Positions 1 through 11,973 are shown, numbered from the stretch's first letter. The stretch: 64,000 nt of DNA from the human T2T-CHM13v2.0 reference genome, Homo sapiens (GCF_009914755.1 NC_060936.1), one strand, 5' to 3'. Notes: generated from the letters alone by a model not told the origin. Translations and numbers: made by a program.

Positions 1-1015
1 TATGCAGGAAAACATTTGACAAAATTCAACATCATTTCATGATAAAAACTCTCAATAAATGTATAGAAGAAATGTATCTCAACACAATAAAGTTCAGATA
101 TAACAAATCTACAGCTAACATTATACTCAACAGTAAAAAGTTGAAAGTTTTTCCTCTAAAATCAGGAAAAAGACAAGGATGCCCAATCTTGCCACTTCTA
201 TTCAACATAGTACTGTAAGTCCTAGACTTGCAATTAGGCAAGAGAAAGAAATAAAAGGCATCAAAATTGGGAAGGAAGAGGTTAACTTATCCCTGCTTGC
301 ATTTGACATCATCTTATATCTAGAAAATCCTGAAGATGCCACCAAAAAATTGTCAGAACTAATAAATGATTTCAGTAGAGTTTCAGGATACCAAATCAAT
401 ATACAAACAAAAAGTAGTGTCTCTACGTTAACAATAAACTGGTGAGGTGCAGTGGCTCACACCTGTAATCCCAGCACTTTGTGAGCCCGAGGCGGTCCAA
501 TCACTTGAGGTGAGGAGTTCAAGACTGGCCTGGCCAACATGGTGAAACCCTGTCTCTACTAAAAATACAAAAATTAGCCGGGTGTAGTGACGGGTGCCTG
601 TAATCTCAGCTACTTGGGAGGCTGATGCAGGAGAATAATTTGAACCTAGGAGGCAGAGGTTGCAGTGAGCCTAGATCTCACCACTGCTCTCCAGCCTAGG
701 TGAAACAGTGAGGCTCCATCTCAAAAAAAAAAAAAAAAAAAAAAATGAACTACCTGAAAAAGAAATCATGAAAACAATCTCATTTACAATGGCTATGAAA
801 AAGATAAAATACTTACATATAAATTTAATCAAGAAGGTGAAAGAGCTGTATACTGAAACTATAAAACACTGATGAAAGAAATGAAGAAGACACAAATAAA
901 TGAAAAGATATGCTTTGGTCATGGATTCAAAGAATTAATATTGTTAAAATTTCCACACTATCCAAAATGATCTACAGATTTACTGCGACCCTTATTAAAA
1001 TTCCAATGACATTTT
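1..1015 (+). mobile_element. Old L1 (L1MA-like) ORF2 reverse-transcriptase-region fragment, interrupted by an Alu
   Basis: ORF 179-445 translates to L1 ORF2-like [34 protein letters not shown]...; the L1 sequence resumes after the Alu at ~746. Confidence 0.85.
441..745 (+). mobile_element. Alu (AluS-like)
   Basis: Dimeric Alu consensus with poly(A) tail; degenerate TSD aataaact/aatgaact. Confidence 0.95.
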
Positions 1016-1625
1016 TCTGTATTCATTCATCCATTGGTGACCATTAATTAGGTTGATCTCACATCTTGACAATTATGAATAATGCTGCAAAGAACATACG
1101 AATGCAAATGAACACATAAAGAAAATGTGGTATATGTACACAATGGAATACTATTCCACCTCAAAGAAGAAAATCCTGTTATTTGAGACAACGTGGATCA
1201 ACCTGGAAGACATTATGTAAAGTGAAATAAGCCCTTCACAGAAAGACAAATACCACATGATCTCACTTATATGTGGGACCTTAAAAAGTTGAACTTATAG
1301 GAGCAGAAAGTAGAATGCTGGTTACTAGGGCCTGGGGATGGGGGATAGTTGTTGGGGAGATGTTGGTCAAAGGACCAAAATTCAATTAGATGGCACAATA
1401 TGTTCAAGAGATCTATGGTACAACATAATGACTATAGTAATAATACATTGTACTCTTCAAAATTTCAAATAGATTTTAAGTGTTCTCACCAAAAAAAATT
1501 ATAAGTACATGAGGTAATGAATATGTTAATTAGCTCAATTTAGCCATTCCACAATGTATATTTCAAAATATTGTGTTGTACACAATAAATGTATACAATT
1601 TTGTCAATTTAAAAATAATTAAATT
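1010..1625 (+). mobile_element. L1MA-type 3' end with a short (~95 bp) 5' inverted segment
   Basis: L1 3'UTR motifs (aaagaaaatgtggtatat, tctcacttatatgtgg, gaggtaatgaatatgttaattag); ~1016-1110 is the reverse complement of the L1 segment that precedes the resumption point. Confidence 0.8.
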
Positions 1626-1659
1626 TTAAGTAACAAAACATAAAACAAAAACAAAAGTC

Positions 1660-3030
1660 TCAAATCTCATCATCCAAATCATCTAAAACAGGTATGAGAA
1701 AGGCGCTGCATATAATCCATTCTGAGGCACACCTTGAAACATAGTATCTGCTCTCAAAAACACAATGGTAAGGCAGATAAAGATGATAGTTCTAAATATT
1801 CTCATTCAAAAAGGGAGAAAATGGAAGAAAGAAAAAAAAACAATTGCCATATCCAAGCAACTTTAAAATCCAGCCAGGCAAACACCACTTGGTTTCAAGG
1901 TCTAGAAATAAGCTTCTGTAATTATTGGTTCCACCCTCTGGAGTCAGCTCCATGCTCTGGGCTCTGAGTTCTGCCCTTTGAATTAACCTTCTTTTTTCAT
2001 GAAAGGTAGCTTCATAGAAAGATGTTGACAGCCAAGTCAGCCTGTTTTTTGCTTGTAGAATTTTGGGGATCCAACACCTTCTTTCATTTTATTCTCTCAC
2101 TGATTCTTTCAGGCCACACCAGCAGCAATTTTACTGCCATAATATTCTTAAGAACCTTGTAGATCTCCCATGTATGTCATGGGGATTCACTCCATTAAAC
2201 AAAAAAGGCTCCTCCATAGATATTTCTTGGATAATTCCATCTCTATTTGTGACCTCTGCTGAAATGGTTGAGGGGATCTATGAGTCATATGTTCTTCAAA
2301 GAGCCCTCAATGTAACTGAATACTCTGACCTTTTGATATTTCTGAGGCACTAGCAAAATATTTTCTAGTCACATCCTTGGCTTTCTTTTCAGACTAGGTA
2401 TTCCTAACAGTGAATATCCTATTTTAACATGTTTTGGAATCTGAATAGGTTGATAATTTCTCAAATATCAAGTTATGAATATGTTTTGCTCAACAATTAT
2501 TCCCTAAATCTCTCTCTCTCCTCTCACGTTACTACAAACAGCAAGAAAAAGCCAGAGTGCACCTTCAACACTTTTGTTGCTTACAAATCACCTTAGCTAA
2601 AATCTAAGTTCATTGTTTACAAGTTTTGCTTTCCACATAACCACAGGGTACAATTCAGCTAAGTTTTCTGCCACTGTGTAAGAAGGGTCCCCTTTCCTTC
2701 AGTTTATAATAAAAATTCTTTATATCCATCTGAGCCCTCAATGGCAGTTCCTTCAATGTCTATACCTAACCAATGCTCGCTTATGATAATTTAGGAATAT
2801 TCAGAGGTGATTTAGATTTTCTCTCTACCATGCTCTTCACTTTCTTCTAAGTCCTCAATAATAGAGTCACCAATAACCATATTTCTACTGAAAGTCTATT
2901 TAAGGCAATCTAGGCTTTTTCTATCATGCTCCTAAAAATTCATCCAGCATCTGCCCATTGCCCAGTTCCAAAGCCACTTCCATATTTTTTAGGTATTTCT
3001 TACACCAGCACCACACTTCCATGCAGGAAA
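1660..3030. mobile_element. MaLR (MLT/MST-like) LTR-retrotransposon-derived sequence
   Basis: Resembles MaLR sequence (aaaagtctcaaatctcatc..., ccagttccaaagccacttccatatttttaggtattt); directly abuts an MLT1 LTR. Confidence 0.5.
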
Positions 3031-3033
3031 ATT

Positions 3034-3528
3034 TGTATTCGTTTCCTATTGCTGCTCAAACAAATCACCACAAACTTAGTGACTTAAATCAACACAAATC
3101 TATTATCTCACAGTTCTGGAGATCAGAAGTCCAAAATGAGTCTCATTGGTCTAAAATCAAGGTATCAGTAGCACTACATTCCTTCTGGAGGCTGTAAGAG
3201 AAAACTCATTTTCTTGCCTTTTTCAGCATCTAAAAACTGCCTGCAGTCCTTGGCTTGTGGCCCACTATCACCTTTAAAGCCACCAGTGGCCAGACTAGTT
3301 TTTCTCATATCACATCACTCTACACTGACTATTCTGCTTCCTTCTCCCCATTTCAAAAGATTCTTCTGATTACACAGGGCTCACCCAGATAACCTATGAT
3401 AGCCTCCTAATCTTAAAGTCAGCTGATGAGCAAACTTAACTTCCCCTTGCTGTATAACGTAACCTATTGTTTGGTTCCAAGAATTAAGACATGAACATCT
3501 ATGCAGGACCATTATTCTGCCCACCATA
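3034..3528 (-). mobile_element. MLT1 (MaLR) LTR
   Basis: Typical ends tgtattcgtttcctattgctgct...acaaatcaccacaaacttagtgacttaa and attattctgcccaccata. Confidence 0.8.
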
Positions 3529-3559
3529 ATATATATTTCCATAATGATAAATTTTCAAT

Positions 3560-4190
3560 TCTGCTCTATTAGTATAGCCTACCATGTAACCTGGTTCCTG
3601 CTTTCCTCATATACTTTATTTCATATCACATGCCCTATGTTTCTACTTCTCTAGACTTCCTCCACGTTCTCAAATGCACATTCATCCCATGCTCAGAACC
3701 TTGCTCACACACTAGTCCCTTTGCCTATCCCCATAGCTTCTCTTCTTTGGACTACTCTTACATATCCTTCAACTATCAGCTTAAATGACTATTCTTCAAA
3801 GATGGTTTCCCTGAGCCTGAGACTCCCCTAACTAAAATATAGATTCCCATTATATCTTCAGTTTTTCTTCATATAATTTATCTTAATGGTGATTAGGTCT
3901 GTAACTATGTAATTGTTCAACGGCTATTTTTAAGACACTATGAAATCAAAGTTAAGTTCTAACGTCTTCATTTGTTATGTGCCTAACACCTAGCAGTATG
4001 CTAGTTTCCCAAAAATAACTTATTTGAAAGAATGAAAGTAACTCGCTTAATTGTCATAACAATGATCATTTTATAATTGAGGGTACTGGAGCTTAGAGAA
4101 ATTAAGTAACTTCACCACAGTAAAACAACTAATGAAATTCCACCTCAGTCTATCTTGTTTCTAAGTGCATCTCTTAAACACTGTGTTATT
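3560..4190. mobile_element. Degenerate L2 and MIR fragments
   Basis: L2-like ccttcaactatcagcttaaatg and gtgcctaacacctagca; MIR-like attttataattgagggtactggagcttagagaaattaagtaactt. Confidence 0.55.
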
Positions 4191-7100
4191 CCACACTATT
4201 TGGGCACCAACAGCCATCACTTCAAAGTCCACAGATGCTCACCAACCATCATACTGAAGACAAATTAGTGCCACCTCGATTTCCTCAATGCAGTTACCTT
4301 TGCCTACTAAAGTCCATGGTCTATTACCAAATGCCTATTTCACTCTGCGTAACACTGGCATAAGAGGAGACGTACGACCTTTTTTTCCCTTTAAAACCTT
4401 AAAGTTTTTTACAAATAACTACTAAGCTTATTTTCAACTTAACAACTTGTAAAAAAAACATGCTTTGATTTTATCCACTTCTCTTCTATGGATTAATGAG
4501 ATTATAAAATCTGTTAACACTTCAGAAGAAATTGTATTAAACCAACAGAGGAAATTATCTACTTTGGGAACCTGGCCAGATTAATTGTTAAAATCAAAGA
4601 TCTAAAAATCATGCTAACATTGCTAGAAAGTCCTAGAATGGTGCTTCTGTATACTCTCATTCCTGATCCCTCATGTACAGAGAGGAAAAAAACATTATTA
4701 TGATCATTATCTTGGGGAATACTTCCTAGATTTTAGAAAGTAGAACCCTTTATAACCTTTCATAGGTCTTTTTATTGTCTACATTCACTCCTCTAATTTT
4801 TAAAAGCATAATAAGTGTATTTTTGTGGCTGCAAGTCAGATTATAGCTAGAAATGACTAGAAAATTGCCTGGATTCCTTTTTTGAAAATTATGGTAATTG
4901 GCAAAGATCAAAAGCCATATTTATTAAGGTGTAATCTAATTTAGCATCTTATTACTTGAATTTCCAAAACAACTATAAATCAAATTTCAACAACAACAAA
5001 ACCATTTTAGTGATACTATAGTTGCTATTATTATTTTTAAAACATATGACTTTAAAATATATTTCCATTTGTTTTTATTAGGTATAGATAATAATAAATT
5101 TACGAGTTTCAAAAGGTATTGAATTGCATGCATCTCAAAATCCACTAAGGAGAAAAACTGGCACAAGGAAAAGCAATATTAAATGAGCAAAAATCACTGG
5201 GAAAGTATATGTTGAGATTTCTTTATTTTAAAGCTAAAAGACAGAAGAAGATGGTTACATTACTGCAGGAAAAATTTGATGGTCCAAAAATCTCTTCCAT
5301 CTATTTAGAACATATCTGATAGCACAAAGAAACTTATATGATAGGTTCATATGAAACCTGAGAGCATCTCACGGATTTTGTAATTTGTTACTATTCCTGC
5401 TATGACTATGTATAGTGTATATGTATATACCGTACAAAATATCTGCAGCACCCTCAACTCACTGTAAATAGAATCTATAAAATCTTCAGTCTGTATATTT
5501 TTTTCTCTCTAAAGCCAAAGGAAATCTCAATGAAGCAGCAAGACTCGGAACTGACTTCTTAACAAGTTTCCAAATGCTATTAGCAAAGACCTTGCCAAGG
5601 TAATGCGAAATTCCATGCATGGCCAAAGGGCCACCTTTTGTCAATTTCATAATCCGAATCTTAGAATAAAAGAAATCACAAGAGCATAATCAATACATCA
5701 GTAATATATGCCTACTGAGAACATGGCATGCAGGAAATACTTGCTGATTGATTGGTTATATTAAATAAAGTCCATAATTTGGCAGAAAATGAAATTTTAC
5801 ACCTTCAAATCTCATAAACCATATTTGTTAGGCATTTACTCTGTCTAAATATTGAGCTCGGCATCAACAAGGAAGGAAAAACAACCAATTCATCAATGTA
5901 CATGGATATCTAGTTACTATGGACAATTCAAACAAAACATTTTATATGCCTTATGTATTTTGAACACCTACCTTGAAGAATTTGACAATTTAAATAAAAA
6001 TGAATAACTAAACATTTTTAATTAACCAGGAAAAGTTATCGATTCCTGAGACTATTTCCTAAAAATGGTTTAATTTTCTAGCATCAGAATATAAAATGCA
6101 CAGTCCTGAAGGTTTCTATTTGTGACAGATCAGACACTCTTCAGAGGAAACTAGGTAGAATACTAATAAAATTTAAAGGAGCTTTGTAAATTTTAAGAGC
6201 ACTACAATACCATTTGTTTATTAGGAGCTTTAGATTCCATAAAGCTTTCCAGTTACTCGAATTGGCAGTCCTGAAATAACTTTGTTTCCAGTTCATAGGG
6301 ATTAAAAATCAGAGATAAAAACAACACAATACAAAACAACAACAACAAAAAAAAAAAACAGAAGGTTAACCCTACTGACACTTCTATTCAACTGTGTGAA
6401 ATTCTGCTGACAATGTAGCCTTATCTTCTTTATTATATTTGGTCATTGTTTTTAAAGGATTCAATATCCAAGCCCCACCCTCTTATAAAAGACCCTTAAG
6501 TGAATAAAACATTACCATAAATATTTGTTACAATAAAAAATTAACTTAAACATAAAATTTAAACAATAATTTTTAAGCCAGAAAATTGCATTTTAATTTT
6601 TTATAAGAGCAAACTTGTTTTAAGTAAATGTAACACATGTGAATTTCCTCCTTTCCCAACTCTAAGCTTTGGTTTTAGTGTCCATGGTGACACATACTGG
6701 CTATATCAGGCAACAACACCACTACAGAAACACTCAAGTTTTATTTTATTTCTATTTCTTGGTAGCATATTTTCCGAAGTGGTTTCCTTTTGCATATCCA
6801 ACTCTTTAGTAATTATGAATTGCACTTTCAAAGCCATGGCACCAAAATAACAACAACAACAACAAAAATCTGGGTGAGGTAGGGCAAGAAGCTTTAGTCC
6901 ATTAGATATGTTAAACCAAACTCCATTCTCTTTTGCCTTCATGTATTCTTCACCATACATGAATCTAGTCTGTCTGTACACGTTTAGCTACCTTTTAGAA
7001 GCTCTTATTACGGCAACTTTCCACAAACAAGCAATCCTCAAAAGCTCTAATCAAAGTTGAAGGTTTGCTGCATTGGAATTTGCTTCTGACTGCACAACAC

Positions 7101-7825
7101 ATTTAAATATAATTTGAGATGTAGACATTTGTGCCCAGCCAATATCCATTGACTTCAAAAAAAAGTTGTAAAATCGTAAGTACACAATTAATGATAATAT
7201 GAGATACACTTCTAGATTAACATTTACTTGAAATCTTTCCAAAATACTTTTGAGACCATTATTCCCTTTCTCTTGTTATTGGTGGATGAAGGAAGAATGA
7301 GGGTCTTTCAAAGATAAATTTTGCCTCAAATATACTGCGACTGTGATATGCAGTAAGTAAAAATATTCAGAGGCATTAATTTTTCCAGAAAGCTACCCCC
7401 ATAAAACAATTCCTCCAAGCAGGGCACCATCGTACCTGAAACTTTCAGAGATCAGTGTCTTAACTAAGATTAAGCTATCCTTTTTCCTACCTAAATCAAT
7501 TTCACCCAAACGAGGCGTTTGTGTTATAATTCATTGTTCCCCAGATTCTAAAATCAACCATCTGCCATAGGAGTTTCTGCTCAGTAATTAAGGGACTATC
7601 CATTAGAACTGGCAAGAGTACAAAGTACGAAGGAGAAGGGTGAGGCAGGGGAGAAAAAACCACTTAAAAGAGATAGGGATATGTGTCTCACACTGGCCCT
7701 TCTACACCTCAGCTAAAGTACTGTCATCCATGAGGCAATACAAAGTTAGGACAAGCGGCAAGAGCAACTCCTGCCGGGGTTATCGGAACTGAAATCACAG
7801 TGGGGATGCAGCACGCCGGGCATAC

Positions 7826-7954
7826 CTTGAAAGAGAAAGGCTTTCGTCCCATTATGCAGCCCCGGGACCTGACGCACTCCGGTCGTGGACTCCCCAAGTT
7901 CTAACTCTGTTAAGACGTCAATCTGTAGGGAAGGGTCCACACCAAGCCCCCAAA
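7826..7954 (-). CDS. NELL2: NELL2 coding exon 2 (129 nt; (V)WGLGVDPSLQIDVLTELELGESTTGVRQVPGLHNGTKAFLFQ), end of signal peptide and start of the TSP-N/laminin G domain
   Basis: Peptide recognised as NELL2; acceptor ccag|TT at 7955/7954, donor AAG|gtatg at 7826/7825; phase 1 at both ends. Later exons lie beyond the left edge of the window. Confidence 0.97.
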
Positions 7955-8107
7955 CTGGTGAGGGGTATGAGGTGGGAGAGAGAAAAAGGAAAAGCTCCAT
8001 CAAAATGCAAGTCTCTTCCTCCAGGGCAGCAAAGAACCGCGTTTTCGCGACAATATTGGGAACTGAAGATGAGAGGCGACTGCCTCCTCCTCCGCCGAGA
8101 GCCTTAC

Positions 8108-8159
8108 CTGAGATCAGCAGCCAAGCTTTAAATAGCGGAGCACCCAGTCCCGTTTCCAT
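8108..8159 (-). CDS. NELL2: NELL2 alternative first coding exon (METGLGAPLFKAWLLIS + 1 nt)
   Basis: ATG in gtcATGG context at 8159; strong donor CAG|gtaagg at 8108/8107; 52 nt is phase 1, matching exon 2; matches my recollection of an annotated NELL2 isoform. Confidence 0.8.
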
Positions 8160-8415
8160 GACCTCCTTTAAACCCTTCTCTCTGCAAAGTTCCCCCTCAG
8201 CCCTCCGACCCTGGACTAGGGGCGTGATCCGCCTCGCGGTCTCCAAGGCAAGCACAGAAAAAAAAAAAATCCATATCCAAACCCGCCCCCTTACTCCAAG
8301 CTTCCCACTCCAGACCTACTTTGGGTCCGGGAAAAGCGAGGCTTCCCCAGCCAGCCCATGCTGCCCCGAGGCGGGAGCCATCCCTTTCCCCAGCCCCAGC
8401 TCTGCGGCCACTCAC

Positions 8416-8470
8416 CTGCTCCGAGACCGAAGATCAAACAGAATGTTCTCAGTAAGACCCGAGACTCCAT
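8416..8470 (-). CDS. NELL2: NELL2 canonical first coding exon, CDS part (MESRVLLRTFCLIFGLGA + 1 nt; signal peptide)
   Basis: Kozak cgcaccATGG at 8470; donor CAG|gtgagt at 8416/8415; 55 nt is phase 1; peptide is the known NELL2 N-terminus. Confidence 0.97.
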
Positions 8471-8501
8471 GGTGCGGATCAGCTCAGTCCATCGTCTCCC
8501 T
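8471..8501 (-). other. NELL2: Internal splice acceptor and 31-nt leader (codes GRRWTELIRT in N-terminally extended isoforms; 5'UTR in the canonical one)
   Basis: T-rich tract tttatttttatttttaaag|A with AG at 8503-8502; 31 nt to the canonical ATG, so it accepts phase-2 upstream exons in frame. Confidence 0.8.
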
Positions 8502-9207
8502 CTTTAAAAATAAAAATAAAAATCGAAGAGGTTCTTGGAATCAAGCGGGAAAATAACGTTTGTCTCTCCTGCTGCTGCCTCGGATTTACTGATCAGTAGG
8601 ATTAATACGCTTTGGTTGCCTAAGAAAGAAAAGGGAGGCCTCCCCAGGCGCGTGAAGAACTTAGACCCTCCAATGCGCACATCATTCCCACACGCAGGGC
8701 CGAGGCGGCAGCGCGGCCCGGAGGGGGCCCGGAGGGAGGGGTCGGACTCGCCCCGGCGCGGCTCCGTCGGGGAATTAGCTCCCGAGCCGAATAAAAGCAG
8801 CCAAAGACTCGCACACCCGGTAGAAGGGGGGCGGCCCCAAGAAAGCCCGGGCTGGGGCGGCCCCGCACCCCCCCGTCTTCCCCGCCGCCCGAACCTGTTG
8901 TAAAGGCAGAGACAATGGAGAAAGCTCCGGGAGACGCGCGGAGAGACTGCTCCTCCGGGGAGGGAGGGGCGGGCCGGGGGAGGCGGGGTAAGGAGGAGGG
9001 AGGGGCCGCCGAGGGCGAGGCCGGCGCTCAGCGTCGGTCTCCCGCACGGTCTCCTGGATGCCAAACCCGGTCTAGGGAGCCCAGGAGCCGTTGCAGCCTC
9101 AGCTCTTCTCCCTCCCTCTCTCGATGACCCGGGCAATGCCAACCTCCTTTCGGGATTGAAAGCTCTAAATCCAAGGTGCTAAGTTGATGGGCGGTCTTTG
9201 CTCTCAC

Positions 9208-9326
9208 CCCTCGATTTCGGGCGCGTGTCTTGAAAGACAGGAGAGAAAAAAGACCACCCAGCTGCAGGAGGCAAGGCTGGAGCGAGTAGCGCTCGCCTGC
9301 CCTTTAAGCAAAGGAGGGAAGCCCAT
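9208..9326 (-). CDS. NELL2: NELL2 alternative upstream first coding exon (MGFPPLLKGQASATRSSLASCSWVVFFLSCLSRHAPEIE-G); gives a +50 aa isoform
   Basis: ATG at 9326; donor GG|gtgaga at 9208/9207; 119 nt is phase 2, in frame with acceptor 8501 and the canonical ATG. Confidence 0.75.
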
Positions 9327-9747
9327 GTGCACTCGTGCACTGGGCTCCGGAGCAGCCCCGGGGTGCAGGGCACTCCCCCTCCAGGGCGTGCGGAGGAAGG
9401 CCACCAAAACACGCTGCACTGCCGAGGTGGAGCTGGGCAAAGTAGGTAGAGACTGGTGGGGACGGATGGCGAGCCTGGGAAGCCCCGGGTGTCCTGGTGG
9501 AGAGGTTCCCTGCCGGGGGCGGGGCGCTGGAGAGCTTCCCCGGCGCGGAGAGCTTCCCGGGCGCGGAGAGCGCAGAGAACTTGGCCAGGAGGTGCTGGAC
9601 AGCTCCGGAACCCGCGCGCCCCCTGCCAAATAAAGCGTGGAGACCCGGACTCGGGCTCTCTGGGACCAGCATACAGCAGAAGGCAAGGGGAACTGAGCCA
9701 GGGCGTCTGTTCACGCCGAAATATCTACCTACATAGAGGAGATGGTT

Positions 9748-9768
9748 AGAGAGAGAGAGAGAGAGAGA
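9748..9768. repeat. (AG)n microsatellite at the upstream edge of the CpG island
   Basis: About 10 AG units, seen directly. Confidence 0.9.
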
Positions 9769-11022
9769 AATAAATAAATACGTAAATAAGCAGAGGGAGG
9801 AGATGGAGCCCAGGCGAGAGAGAAGAGCCATCCCACTGTTGACCACACTCATGCAGGCTCTACCTGCCCTTCACCACATATGTCCGGGACCATAAAAGTG
9901 GTGTCCTTTGAGATCCATTTTTCAGCAGGCACATGTATGTTCAAGATCAATGGTACATAATATTTTTTGAACATAGCCCTAAAATTTTTAGGTAAATTTT
10001 GAGGAATGGCATTCCACTTTCATTTTGGAAAAGTTAAGAGTTTAAAAAACCATTATGGTATTAATCTGTACAAAGATCAATTGGGTTTCTTAACCTTCCA
10101 TGCAAACATGTGGGTACTGAATTCTCCAACTGGATACTAACAGCTACAGTTACCAAAATGCCTACTGGGTAGTCTGAGCCCCCTGCAAGGCAGGAGTATA
10201 ATATACATTTTATCTATAGATATATAGTTATAGATATTATCATATAGTGGAATACATATACTATATTATACTATAGGGAAAGAGGTATTTTTAGATCTGC
10301 CCTTAGAATTTTTAAGACAAAAGATTCAGAATTCGGGAGCTCTTTTAAATTAATTTTTAATTCTCTCTTATCGAATTTCCCATTTAATTCTATTTGTAAC
10401 TTTGTAAAGTTTGAGAAATATTTCAGTACTTACAAGTGATAAAGGATTGTCATATGCAATTTCCCAAATTTGAAAAACTATGCCAAATAAATAATACAAT
10501 TTAATTAATCAATGAAAAGAAATTAATCATCAGAGAATTAAAGACCTTTCTACAGCTGTGCATCTAAAATATTCAATTGTAATAAGTATCTACAGAAGCT
10601 ACACGAAATAAATTTTAAATAACGTAGCATTTAAAATGCTATCATTAGAGAAAAGAATAAAACATAAATATACATATGCACATATATATTTCCACATAAA
10701 AGTCCTCCTAACCAACCTGTGTTCAACCAACTCATGAAAGTAGGGATACTCTCGAGTTTCTCTGACTCTCATCCATATGCTGAAAGCTGGTGGTTAATGG
10801 GCTTATCTCCAGTACCATACACACTGAGGCTCCCTCCAGAACAGTGGTATTTGGTACCCAAAATAATTCTAGTTGAACCTGCTACTGTAATTATTTGACC
10901 TAATTAAATAGTATGGAAATCATTAAAATATGAGTATGGGGAGGTGTGAAGAGTTGTTTCTCTAAAACTAAGGTATAAGGTTTGGAAACCCATAGTAAAG
11001 GTGAGCCATTGTATTAGCTAGG

Positions 11023-11162
11023 GCAGAGTTTCTCAACCTGGGCAGGAGTTTTCAACATTATAACTACTAACATTTTGGGGCTGGATAATTCTTTATTGGG
11101 GCTGTCCTGTGCCTTGTAGGATGTTAGTTGAATTCTTGGTCTCTATCCACTGAATGCCAGTA
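11023..11162. mobile_element. MER20 (hAT-Charlie DNA transposon) fragment
   Basis: cagagtttctcaacctggg...cattttggggctggataattcttt...gctgtcctgtgccttgtaggatgttag. Confidence 0.75.
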
Positions 11163-11167
11163 TTTTC

Positions 11168-11432
11168 AGTATTCCATTTTATCTATGTGTTCTTTTGACT
11201 ATATCTCTTTGTGAAGCTTTTAAAATTGGTATTCTAGGGAATACAATATACATACTTAACTTTTCACCTTCTACCTAGAGTCCATACATTACCACTTCAG
11301 TTCGAATACAGAAGCTTTACTACCACATCAAATCCCTTTATCCTCAACTCTTTAGGTTGTAGTTGTCTTATGTATTATATCTACATACACTCAAACTCCT
11401 TTTAGACAATGTTAAAATTTTGCTTGCAATCA
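11168..11432 (-). mobile_element. Ancient L1M fragment (inter-ORF-like region)
   Basis: Its reverse complement aligns by eye with the L1M segment at ~16200-16465. Confidence 0.6.
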
Positions 11433-11435
11433 TTG

Positions 11436-11973
11436 TTGTAGGCATAATAATATTCCAATCCCCTTCCCCTTAAGAAACAGTCTTTTCCAGTTCCTAATCA
11501 GTGGAACCTGTGTATGTTACCTCACATGGCAAAGGGGATTTAAGGTTGCAGATGGAATTAAGATTGTTAATCAGGTAACCTTAAAATAGGAAGATTATTT
11601 CAGATTATCTGGGTATGCCCAATATAATCACGAGGGCCCTTAAATGTGGAAGAAGGAGGCATAAGAGGAGGTCAGATTAATGCAATATGAGAAGAACTCG
11701 ACTTCCTGTTGCTGACTATGAAGATGGGAAAATATAGAAGGGCTATGAGACAAGGAATATGGGAGGCATCTAGAAATTGGAAATGGCAAGGAAAAAGATT
11801 ATCCCTTAGAGCCTCCAGAAAAGAATACAACCCTGCTGATAACTTGACTCTTGCCCAAAAAAGTCAAGACTGTTTTAGACTTCTGAACAACCATCCGTAA
11901 GATAATAAATTTGTGTTGTTTTAATCCACTAAATTTGTGGTAGTTGGTTACAGCATCCACGGAAAACTAATAT
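11436..11973 (+). mobile_element. MLT1 (MaLR) LTR
   Basis: ggaacctgtgtatgttacctcacatggcaaaggg...gataataaatttgtgttgttttaatccactaaatttgtggtagttggttacagca...aactaata. Confidence 0.85.

Larger units (their letters stand above)
7750..9720. promoter_or_regulatory. CpG island / NELL2 proximal promoter region with GC boxes
   Basis: Abrupt rise in GC and CpG density against an AT-rich background; GGGGCGGG boxes (e.g. ~8966, ~9516); contains the NELL2 5' exons. Confidence 0.92.

Noticed and set aside
8459-8479. REST/RE1-like sequence over the NELL2 start codon (atccgcaccatggagtctcgg)
   Set aside because: Only the central GCACCATGGA matches; the right half-site GACAG is absent, and the match is explained by the Kozak context
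7885-9749. Long overlapping ORFs in the CpG island (e.g. 7885-8556 +, 8504-9142 -, 9184-9633 +)
   Set aside because: Pro/Arg/Gly-rich stop-poor frames are expected in GC-rich DNA; no recognisable domain; explained by overlap with the NELL2 promoter and exons
9720-9870. Possible further non-coding first-exon donors (tag|gtagat at ~9729, cag|gtagag at ~9864)
   Set aside because: Middling donor strength and no phase or peptide evidence; cannot be supported without transcript data
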